The translations under genes were made by a program, and so were the position numbers. Shown here piece by piece: positions 28,583 through 38,702 of a stretch of 64,000 bases of DNA; within the stretch, counting starts at the first letter, position 1; each line of letters starts with the position of its first letter. The notes beneath the pieces were generated by a model. It did not search any database and was not told where the DNA came from. It was given only the letters and a program-made list of their open reading frames with translations. The DNA comes from an uncultured virus (IMG/VR IMGVR_UViG_3300011785_000001) (lineage: Duplodnaviria; Heunggongvirae; Uroviricota; Caudoviricetes), in IMG/VR virus record IMGVR_UViG_3300011785_000001, positions 1 through 64,000 of that record, one strand, 5' to 3'.

Positions 28583-29371
28583 TTGATGAAACACATCGTA
28601 AATAAGCACATACTTAATAAAAGAGATGAGGTGTTGGGCAAAGAGTTTGAAACAAATAACTCTGGAAGGTGTTTTGTTATAGATTACGCAGGTACAAATA
28701 ATGTTGCCGTAGCCTTTTACCAACCATTTTGCATTGTAAAATGTAGTATGACAAATTTGACAAAAGGTTGTGTTTCTAACCCAATGAAGCGAAATGTGTG
28801 TGGTAAGGGTTATCTTGGTGTCGGTAAATACAGTCCAAGTTTTAACACAAGGGAGTATAAGCTTTGGAAAAACATGTTGGAAAGAGTTTATTGTTTAAAT
28901 GTAAGGTACACAAGAATGAGTTATGAGGATGTTGAAGTCTGCGAAGAATGGCACAATTTCCAAAACTTCGCTGAGTGGTGTGAAACACAGAAATTCCTTA
29001 ATGCTAAAGATGATAAAGGTAATAAATATCAGCTAGATAAAGATATTTTAGTTAAAGGTAATAAAGTATATTCTCCTGAAACTTGTTGTTTTGTACCTCA
29101 TGAAATTAACAGTTTATTTATATTTGGAAAATCCAAAAGAGGAGAATTTGCTATTGGTGTTGGAAAGGTGAACAGTAAGTACCCAGCTTGTGTAAGTAAA
29201 AACGGAGAGACTGTTTATTTAGGTTTGTTTGAAACACCAAAGAAGGCTTTTGAAAACTATAAAAAGGTAAAAGAAAGTCATATTAAAGAGGTTTCCGAAA
29301 TATGGGAAGACCGTATTGATGGAAGAGTTTACAAAGCACTATTAGCTTGGGAAATAGAAGAAAATGATTAG
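28583..29371 (+). CDS. HNH-type homing endonuclease
   Basis: WKNMLER, VCEEWHNFQNFAEW, LDKDIL..GNKVYSPETCCFVP, C-terminal YLGLF AP2-like segment. Confidence 0.8.
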   Translation: MMKHIVNKHILNKRDEVLGKEFETNNSGRCFVIDYAGTNNVAVAFYQPFCIVKCSMTNLTKGCVSNPMKRNVCGKGYLGVGKYSPSFNTREYKLWKNMLERVYCLNVRYTRMSYEDVEVCEEWHNFQNFAEWCETQKFLNAKDDKGNKYQLDKDILVKGNKVYSPETCCFVPHEINSLFIFGKSKRGEFAIGVGKVNSKYPACVSKNGETVYLGLFETPKKAFENYKKVKESHIKEVSEIWEDRIDGRVYKALLAWEIEEND

Positions 29372-29372
29372 T

Positions 29373-29456
29373 GAAGCTGTCAAATTAAACAACAGTATAC
29401 TGACGTTGTAAGAGGGAGTATTCTCTGATGCAAATGAAACAGTAGAATTTAAATAA
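29373..29456 (+). pseudogene. Orphan duplicate of the i-spanin 3' end
   Basis: Translates EAVKLNNSILTL*EG.. versus spanin EADKLNNSVNTLIEWG. Confidence 0.7.
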
Positions 29457-29463
29457 TATTCAT

Positions 29464-29501
29464 AAGGAGTGTTGACACAACGTTAGTACTCCTTTATTAT
29501 G
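29464..29501 (+). promoter_or_regulatory. Promoter overlapping a terminator-like hairpin
   Basis: AAGGAGT..ACTCCTT encloses TTGACA; TTGACA-17-TATTAT. Confidence 0.7.
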
Positions 29502-29542
29502 TCTAATATAAAGTGAAACACAGATTAACTAGGAAGAAACAA

Positions 29543-31820
29543 ATGTCTTTAGCATTAGCACTCAAAACAGCATTAGCGTTAAATGAATATGAAACAGAGC
29601 AGCAACACAAGAAAGAACTTAAAGAGAAAGCATGGAATCCTGAAGTGTTGGTATTGGGAGGGGTTTGTTGGTGGAATCGTAAAGTTGTTAAACAAGTTGT
29701 AGATAAAAAGACAAATGTTGTTAAAGATAAAGAAACAATTCAGAAGATTAAAATCACCGTATTAACACAAGATCAAGACCCTACAGAAGTGAGTAACAAA
29801 GGTAAGTTTTCATTCCGCAATGCTTGTGGGAATAGAATCTACATCTCAGTTAAATCCTACAAGGAAGCTGATGAGTTTGTTGCAGAGTTTTATGGTAAAG
29901 GGACATATCGTGTTTCGAGTGTTCATAATTAATTTAGGAGTGTACCTGTGGTACTAGGAGAAAGAAATGAGTGAAGTTAAAGTGTGGGCGGTATTCTTAG
30001 GTTGGATAAGTTTATTAGCATTAATCCCAACAGTGATGTGGTTTGTTATTTTAAGTGTTGTTGCTTGGGGTTTAAACCAATCAGGGTTGACAGGTGATTG
30101 GTTGCATTACTGGAAGTATTGGTGGTGTTTAGGTGTATTTATTTTAGCGTTTATTGGACAAGTGTTAGTTGCTATTGGAGGTAGTAAATGGAAGAGTTAA
30201 ACAATTTTAAGAAATTCAAGTTTCAAAGTGTTATTCCACAGGATATTCTACAAGCTGTAGGGTTGTTAGATAAACTTGGGTATGGAGCAGAGTGTGATTT
30301 TAGTGCTGATGATGCTGCAAAACATAATGGAGTATGTGCATGGGATGATGGAGAAATTACAGAGGGTTGGTTAGATGACGATAGATTTGAACAAGTAACT
30401 TTAGAGGATTTAAAAAAGATGGTTGGTTATGAGGAAGAAGTCTTGTGGTTAAATAAGAATACCCTTGAAGAAAAGTATTTGAGAGCTAGAGTTTTCCTTA
30501 AAGGTATTGATTGGGTGAAAGTTCCAGAGGGCGCAACATTCGCTACAGGGGATAAAGATAACTTCTTATTTCGAAAGGATGGGTGGTATTATGAACATGG
30601 TGAGTGGGTTGAAACTAATGTTTTATTGAAACATTTTCCAGAGTATAAAAATATAAAACTATTCTGGGTTAATAGTGGTATTTTTACATTAGAACGAGTA
30701 CTAGGGTGTGAGGTGAAGATAAACTACTCTGGTATCGCAGGCTATGTTACAGACATTACTAATAATGGGTATTTCTTGCATATTTGTTGTGGTAGTAATT
30801 TTGATGTGGTAAGTAAACATAACTTAACATTCTTCACAGAAGATGGTAATGAGTTAACATTTGATGAGTATGTAGATATGTATTATGGAGATTGACATGA
30901 ATATTCAAAAAGAAAGAGACATGTTTGAAGAAACTATGCTACGGATGACGGATGGATCTTTTAATACAACAAAAAACCACTTAACCGGTCAGTATACATT
31001 TGGCGTTAATCAAACTTTATGGGCGGTATGGCAAGCAGCCAAAGCCCAATCAGTACCAGAAGGGTTCGTTTTGGTTGAAAAGAGCTTAATTAAAACCTTA
31101 CATGAAGAATTGCTAGACCATGAGCCAGATTCTTTCGTAGTGAATCGTGATATTTGCGAATTGTGGAAGCAAGCCAATGACTGAGATGAATTTAATTGAA
31201 CAATATGGTGGGTATGAAGTTGTAAAGCAAGCTATAGCAAACTACAAGAAATCTGGAGATATGGTTACAGCAGCAGGGTTGGAATTGCAATGTTTGGAGT
31301 ATCGTAGGAAGAACAAGTTTTATGAAGCAGGAGATAAGGTTGTCTCTAGGTATGAAAACCTACACCTATTCGGGGATGTTGTTCTGGAAATTGCATATTT
31401 TCGTGATGACTTAAAAGAAATAGGAGGTTTTGTCAGATTTACCAATGGGAATGATTTTGAATTGGATGCCCTAAGACACGCGACAGATGCAGAAATAAAA
31501 ACAGGGAGACGATTGTGAGAAACGTATTAGTTGTATTTGAACACCAAAAACATGTTGATTCTAGTGCCTACAAGTTTATAGAATCTCTTGATAATGTTGT
31601 TAGTGTTAATAAATACAGTCAAACAATCCTCACAGATGATACACAGTATAAACTTATTGGAGCAGGGTTTCCTTATGTTAGTAGTTTAGGGGATAGACTA
31701 AATGGAATGAAATTTGATGATGTTATGATTCATGGAGATGTTGTCTTAACGAAAAACGTTGAGTTGTATATTAAGACTAGGATGAAAGAATCAAAAGATT
31801 TTATTGAGTTTGAGTATTAA
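29543..31820 (+). CDS. Run of hypothetical ORFs (29543-29932, membrane 29967-30200, 30188-30895, 30897-31184, 31177-31518, 31515-31820)
   Basis: Overlapping stop/start codons, RBS; WQAAKAQSVPEGFVLV and LRHATDAEI motifs recall Acinetobacter prophage ORFs. Confidence 0.7.
29935..29961 (+). promoter_or_regulatory. GTACC/GGTAC hairpin next to RBS (copy 1)
   Basis: TAGGAGTGTACC-TGT-GGTACTAGGAGA, ATG at 29967. Confidence 0.7.
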
Positions 31821-31948
31821 CAATGTTGTTAAGACTCCTTTCATGAATCTGTAAAATTAGTTTCAGAAAAATTTTAGCATCATGTTTTAGGAATGTGGTG
31901 CTATTTCCTGATTTGGAAAATATCTTATATAGTAACTAAGGAGTTAAT

Positions 31949-32920
31949 GTGGTTAAGAAGTTAGAGAGTATTAAAGTTAAAGCAGCGAACGGTAAAGGTG
32001 AAGTTTGGGTGTACGATGGTGATGTTGATTATCAAGTTGGATACAGCAGAAATCCTTCTTACTATTATAACGATGAGGGAGTTAGACGTAAGACAAGACC
32101 AAGAGTTCAACATGATGGTTTACTACAAAGAACTAAAGCTGTAAAGGGTGCTTATGCTGGTTCTACCTTATCTGCCAGTTTTAAAAACTTCGATAGGTGG
32201 GTAAGTTGGGCACAATCTCAGTTAGGGTTCATGTGTGAAGATAATGACGGTATATTATTTCACTTAGATAAGGATTTGCTTGGAAACGGAGATAAACACT
32301 ATAGTGAAGACACTTGTTGTTTCCTTCCTAATGTGGTTAATGGTTTGGTCAAAGTGTTGAATAACCCACATATTGAAAACGTTTATTGCATAAACACTGT
32401 TACCAAAACTTATATGGTTTCTGTGAATGGTAAGGATTTTACTTTTAATAGTTTAGACGAAGCCGTTGAACACAGTAAACGATCATTCTTGAATCGTTGT
32501 GAAGAAGTTTTAAAAGAAAAGATGGTTACACATTTAAGTAAAACTTACTGCGAGGATTTTGATAAAGCACGAGCAGAGTATGACTCAGCTAGAGTTAAGA
32601 ATGTGAGAAACAAGCTGGTAAATTTTGTTGCTGATGGGAAAACAAAAGGTCTGCCTAGAGGGATTGCGAGAAGTGGTAGTAAATATAGAATACAAATTTT
32701 GTTTGAAGGGAAGCGTGTTGCAGCTCGAACAGGTTCTTTTGATAAATTGAAAGATGCTGAAATTGAAGCTAATAGTATTTACCTAAACATTTGTAACAAT
32801 CTGGTTGATAAATACAAAGGTGATTCACTGGTTTCTAAAACTGTAGAATTTAAAAAATTAGTTAAGATGCAGGATAGTTTAACAAAAAATAGGGAGCTTC
32901 TAATGAGTATGTATTTTTAG
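31949..32920 (+). CDS. HNH-type homing endonuclease, flanked by ~70-bp imperfect direct repeats
   Basis: FKNFDRWVSW, FHLDKDLL..HYSEDTCCFLP, GLPRGI; repeats at 31857-31927 and 32917-32988. Confidence 0.75.
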   Translation: MVKKLESIKVKAANGKGEVWVYDGDVDYQVGYSRNPSYYYNDEGVRRKTRPRVQHDGLLQRTKAVKGAYAGSTLSASFKNFDRWVSWAQSQLGFMCEDNDGILFHLDKDLLGNGDKHYSEDTCCFLPNVVNGLVKVLNNPHIENVYCINTVTKTYMVSVNGKDFTFNSLDEAVEHSKRSFLNRCEEVLKEKMVTHLSKTYCEDFDKARAEYDSARVKNVRNKLVNFVADGKTKGLPRGIARSGSKYRIQILFEGKRVAARTGSFDKLKDAEIEANSIYLNICNNLVDKYKGDSLVSKTVEFKKLVKMQDSLTKNRELLMSMYF

Positions 32921-33715
32921 TTTTAGAAAAAATTTTCATACTTCACTTTTAGAGAACAAGGATGTTTTCTAATTCGTAAAATATCTTAAAGGGTTTGGGT
33001 ACATTAATGTTTTCGATATTGGTTTTATGAATACTGTCATCTATCTATTTCTTGTTTTAACATGGCGCATGGTCGTCAATAGTAATCAAAAGGGAGAATG
33101 GAAGTATCTATGCCCGCATATCTTCATATAAGCCCCGTAGCGGCATTTTAAGAGCCTGATATATACCTACGTACCGTTATATCCTAAAGTCGCTGTAATG
33201 AGCTTAAAACAGCGTTTAACGTGATGCTATAAAGTTGAATTGACAGATACCCGACAAGGTCGATATTTTGAAGTCACTTAACACAGACTTAAGTTAAAAA
33301 CAATAGATAATAATAAATAATAACAAAAAAAGTTTTAATTAGTTTATTATAAGATTAATTGATAGTGATATTAGTTATAATGATTAGTAAATGATAGGCA
33401 CAAAAAAGGTTTTGTTTAGGCAACAAAAAATATTTAATTATTTTATCGTTAGATTTTCCCTAGCATATTCATATTTAAAAGTAAATAGTTTTAAGCTTTA
33501 AAAAGTGAAATTGTTCTATTTGCTCGATTTCGCTGTGTGCCTTTATGATTGTATGCGCCAGCGCTATCGTTCAAAATACGCGATTATATGAGCATTTAGA
33601 CCCTATTGACTTTATAATTCAATTGTGCATATAGCAAAAAACACGAAAATAGCTACTATATTACAATAATAACTAATAATCGTGTTTATATTCTAAATTT
33701 GTTATATAGGGCGTA

Positions 33716-36393
33716 TTAATAAAACTTTTGTTGTTTATTAAAATACTTTGTTTCATCACCACAAAAGAACTTTATACTATCATTTTCCTTGTGATAACTT
33801 TTAGCAACGTGACATTCAAATATAGAGGTGTATTTCGCTTCATTAACACGCTTCATCGTTTCATAGCCTTCATCGTCAATAAACACAACAAATAGTAAGT
33901 AAATAGCCTTCATTGGTTATTCTCCTTTCTCTAGCTTTTCGCTTTTATGTAATTCTACAAAATAACCTATTCCAAACAATACAAATAGCCCTATAACCAT
34001 TGCTAGGATGTGATCTACAGATGTCCCTTCAGCAGCCAGTTTAGCTTGTATTGCGTATATTATGTTTAACATGATAGACTCCCTTTATAGCTTAACTTCT
34101 TGCGGTATTAAATAAACATTTTCACAAAATAAACTATTATTCTGCTTTATGATCTTCAAACACGCAGGATGTGCTTTAAAAGCCAATGTATATTTTCCTG
34201 TACTTTTTAATACAAGATAGATATTTAAAAAACCTTCATCGTCAAAATCGTACTTAGAATTTTCTGTTAACTTTTTCATATTACATTACTCTTGATTAAA
34301 TTAATCTAACTGTTATCGCATTCTTAAGAGCATTTAATAGCATGTCTTCACTATGCAACTTAACATTGTATAACTCAGTTTGTTTAAATCCGATAACGAC
34401 CACTGTACTACCATTATTAAAGCAATTTAATACTAAAGCTACTTTTTCAACTGGAGACATGTTAAACATCCTATTTGAGTTTACGAAAATAAAAATTATT
34501 AAGCAAAGTTAAAAGCTGATAACGTGATCATACCTAACATTGCCACCTTAGCAATTGAAGCTTGCATTTGTACCTTAGCTTTTTCCATTAATGAGCTATT
34601 GATAGCTTTGTTAACATTCTCAGTTGCCCAGTCTTGATTTAATGCTTTAAAATGTTCTGTGCTACGTTTTTTAGTTTGTGTAATAAATACATCATAAGCA
34701 TGAGGCTCAGCACGTGCTTTTAATTCTGCATCCAATTCAACCTGAGCAATAGCACGTTTAACAAAGCGACCAGTAGTACGGCATTTAGCAGACACGATTA
34801 CATTGTCTTTTAAGAATACGTTGAATGATTTAGTTGTAAATTGAGATAACATGTTGAAATTTCCTTTTGTTTGTTTAAGGTATGGCGCAAGTATAACATT
34901 AGTTCTTTAAAGGTGTAAACAATAATACACCTTTATTTAATAAATAATTAACCTTTGTTGGCCACTGCATTGGATAACCTTTCAAATACTACGTTACCAT
35001 CTTGATCTATGATTTGAGCTGATACAGTATGCCAATTCAATTGGTTGTCTTCAGCATACATAATAACATAAGATTCCAAATCCTTCTTTAGTGCTTCAAT
35101 TGATCGCATTTTAACTGACAATTTTCTATATACTCTTTGCTTATCTGCTTTAACTTGTACTTGGTATAACATGACTTAATTCCCTTTAATTCTTCACAAT
35201 ATTAATTTTAGACAACAAACTATAACTAGGCACCTCACACAATAAAAATTGTTTATACCCTTGTGTTAGCAATTGAACAAATGATTCATCACATGGTTTA
35301 TATGATTTAATTACTTTCATATTGTTAACCTTATGAGCACATATTGATGTTTTACCTGATATAGGGCATTTATAACGGTTAATGATTAGCATGGCTTATA
35401 TCTCCAGTTATAGATCACTGTCTTAATTCCAATTCTCTGTATAACTAAATTCAATTTCTTGTGTATCTTCATTATCATAAATTTCTAAGAATACGCTATT
35501 AAAGAATAATTGATAAATTACGTCCTTGTCTTCATCACTTAAATCGAGTTCATCTGAAGAAAAACCCTCGTACCCTTGTATTTCATAATATATGTGATTA
35601 CCAATACGATCTAAAGTTAAATCATAAATAGAATCTGGAAGTTTGGGTATGATTGTTTCAATTAACAAATTAATGTTAATTCTAGCTTGGTTGGACAAAT
35701 CATACTGACTATTAAATTTACCATCCAGATAAAAACCATCCTCATCTTTAAAGTCTGCACCTTCCATAAAATACATAGCTTCAACAAAGCCGTTAAAGAT
35801 TTGCTGCATTGATAAATAGTTCATAGTGTATATACCTTTTTAAATTAATATTTAATATTGTGCATTGTATTAAGAGACTGTTAGTTATCAAATACAACAC
35901 AATGCACGTTGTTTAAATCTTACTCAATAATGCGAATGCGTTGTCCTAGTTTGTAAGCTTGCTCATGAGCTTCACCTACACTTTTAACATATATCACTTG
36001 GTAGTTTTCTAATGTTACTTTTAACATGTTTTTAATCCATCATACTGCTTGTAAAAAACGATATTCACCGTACTTATTAAAACGATCAAAATCATGATTA
36101 ACAAATTTTAAAGCTTCGATAAAATCACGATCATTCTTAAATGTTAGATCAGTTGTGTACGCTTCAGCAGCCTTTTGTACTGCAACACTAAGCTTATCAA
36201 AACCCCAACCACTAACGCTAACCTGTACCATTTGTGATCCGTGTAAGTGTAAATATAAGTATAATTTACCCATACCATCTTTAGGATACTTAACAGACAT
36301 AGTGCCTTTTTGATTACCTTCATTATCAATGATCACATAAGCTGATACTTGGGCAAAGTGTTTAGAATGTTTGTCGTATACTGAAGTTGTCAT
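33716..36393 (-). CDS. Cluster of small hypothetical ORFs (33716-33913, 33917-34072, 34085-34279, 34499-34852, 34948-35172, 35186-35392, 35423-35824, 36040-36393); putative pre-early module
   Basis: Inverted relative to flanking operons, own sigma70-like promoters, RBSs, long non-coding flanks. Confidence 0.65.
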
Positions 36394-36441
36394 AGTGTCT
36401 TTCCTTTAAGTTAATGAAGCTTGTTTGCTTCCGATGAGTTC

Positions 36442-36469
36442 ATAATAGCAAATTTAAGAATCATTGCAA
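36442..36469 (-). promoter_or_regulatory. sigma70-type promoter
   Basis: TTGCAA-16-TATTAT with TG extended -10. Confidence 0.55.
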
Positions 36470-37005
36470 GCACTTTGATCAAACAATTTTAAAATAATAC
36501 TAAAAATATTGATAAATACATGAAATAACAGTGAATTTAATTGTTTATTTTATTAAATCTTTTATGAATAGCTTACTAAATAAGTTTATTTAGGCGTATT
36601 TCTGCATCTCTTTTATCATTAAACACAAGCTTTGCAGCAGTGAGACACAACAAAACAAGCTATTCACCAGTGAATGAAGCTATTTAGAGATTTATAGCTA
36701 TGTTTTTAGTACCTATAAATAGAACGTGTGTGTGAATAGCATAGAAACGGATATAAAAACAAGAGGGTTTTAATCTAAAAACAAGGATTTTTGTTATTTT
36801 TTAGTAAAAATCGAGGGATAAACGGTAAGCTTTGACCAAAATGGAATGACTGGTGAGTTTCTACCGAGAAGTCATTTTAGGGTAGGGGGTACTCCTCGGA
36901 ATCTGGATTTCACATATATAATTTTAAAATAATTCCTCATTCCCTAAAAATTTTTTATAAGGCTGGGAAGTTTTAGCAATAAACAAAAGAAAACACCTAA
37001 CACCA

Positions 37006-37650
37006 TTAAGATATTAAGTGTCTAATAAAGTCTACAAGTAATGATATAACTGTTAGTAAGAATATGGTTAACATCAAGCAAACACCAACAAATATCTTAG
37101 TATCAAACTTACTATAATCTATATCTTTATCTGCCACTATAGAATAGCAGTGAGCACTAATAATATAAAGTATTAAACATATTCCTACTACTACAAACGC
37201 CGTAGCTAAAATTACGGCTATGTTAATAACCACCTCCTATACAAAATAGCCCCCTACGACCTCAAAACTTTTCGATTTTATGGGTAAGCGTGGATATATC
37301 TGGAATATCTATAACAACATGTAACCACAGTAGAGAAACAAAACAAACACTATAACACTTAGCACCATAATACTATAACTATTCTTAGTCTTATAATCTG
37401 CATCTGATAAGATCAAGAATAGTACACTAATAAAAGATAAGCAGCATATAAAAGATATTACAGCTATTGTTAAGACTGTAGTTGTTATCATAATAATCTA
37501 CCCATAAATATTAACAAAAGAATGACCTAACATTGTAACAAAATAACCTAACCACAAAGCAATCAAAGCTGTTGCTAATACGCTATTTTTTAACATTGCA
37601 ATAAGTAAAACACAAACAAGAATAGCAACAACAAAACAAAGTAAAATCAT
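37006..37650 (-). CDS. Three small membrane-protein ORFs (37006-37233, 37309-37491, 37498-37650)
   Basis: Each has about two hydrophobic stretches. Confidence 0.55.
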
Positions 37651-37739
37651 TTTAAGCACCGGTACAATTTAATATTTAATTAAATATACTTTAGCAATAA
37701 AAAGAAGTCAACACATAAAACAATAATTAATTCTAGGGT

Positions 37740-38620
37740 CTGTTGTTAATGAAAACGAATGCAATGAAGTTTGAATGTTACAACACAATATACAACAAGG
37801 CGGATAACGCCGTAGTTGGAGATTAACTAAAGGGAACCCTCTTAAGAATACTATACTGCGCATAACACTGTTTAGAATACTGTCCTACGGACATTTAGTA
37901 CAAACAAGAATACAGCACAACAATACTATAGTTTTAGGGATTTTGTCTGCTGCAAACAATCCCTCTCCCTTTAGGGTTATTTTTAGTGCTCTTTTAGATA
38001 AAAGGTAAGGTGTCCCCTGTTGGTGAATTTTATAGAATTACGTTACAGAGAATTTGTAACAGAGTAGTATTTATTTTTGTGTCATGTTTAACATCACAAT
38101 ACTTTATAGGTGGGGTAATAGAAATCTAATAGAACGTCAATAGCACCCTACAAGGGTTATGAAGAATAACGTTAGAAAGTCTCAAAGGTAATACTATTAA
38201 GGGTTACAGGGATATTGTAAAGAATTATAAGGTGTTAATAACAAGAATACTCTTACACTACTTCTAATAATATTCTTATATCACTATTATTGCTAAAACA
38301 ACATCTCTTTATTCATATCTTTAATATAATAACATATTCCATTATTGTCTTTATCACTATCAACACTAACTATAACAATAACATACTCTTATTATTTCTA
38401 TTACCATATAATAGGAGGATTTTTATAGTGCTATTCTTCTAGTTACAATATAGTTACATATTAGGATAAATAAAAGTTACTCATAAAACCTCTTTAACAC
38501 TCTATTTGTTTTGGGGTGTTGAGAGGCGACAGCCGACCATCCCACCACTCTTTAAGATAAACCTAAAAGGTAAGTGATACATTTTTTATAACATAGGTAT
38601 ATGTATATAATACCCAATAA
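37740..38620. other. About 0.9-kb non-coding region, candidate replication origin B
   Basis: No ORF of 60 aa or more, shares blocks with 16120-16460, several hairpins, G-poor AT-rich tract, upstream of a helicase-like gene. Confidence 0.5.
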
Positions 38621-38633
38621 TGCCAATTTTTTG

Positions 38634-38662
38634 TTGCAATGCAAATCTAATACTGCTAGAAT
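38634..38662 (+). promoter_or_regulatory. sigma70-type promoter
   Basis: TTGCAA-17-TAGAAT with TG extended -10. Confidence 0.65.
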
Positions 38663-38702
38663 ACGTTTAGACGGGATTTTCGTAAATTACAGGAAAGATT
38701 AA

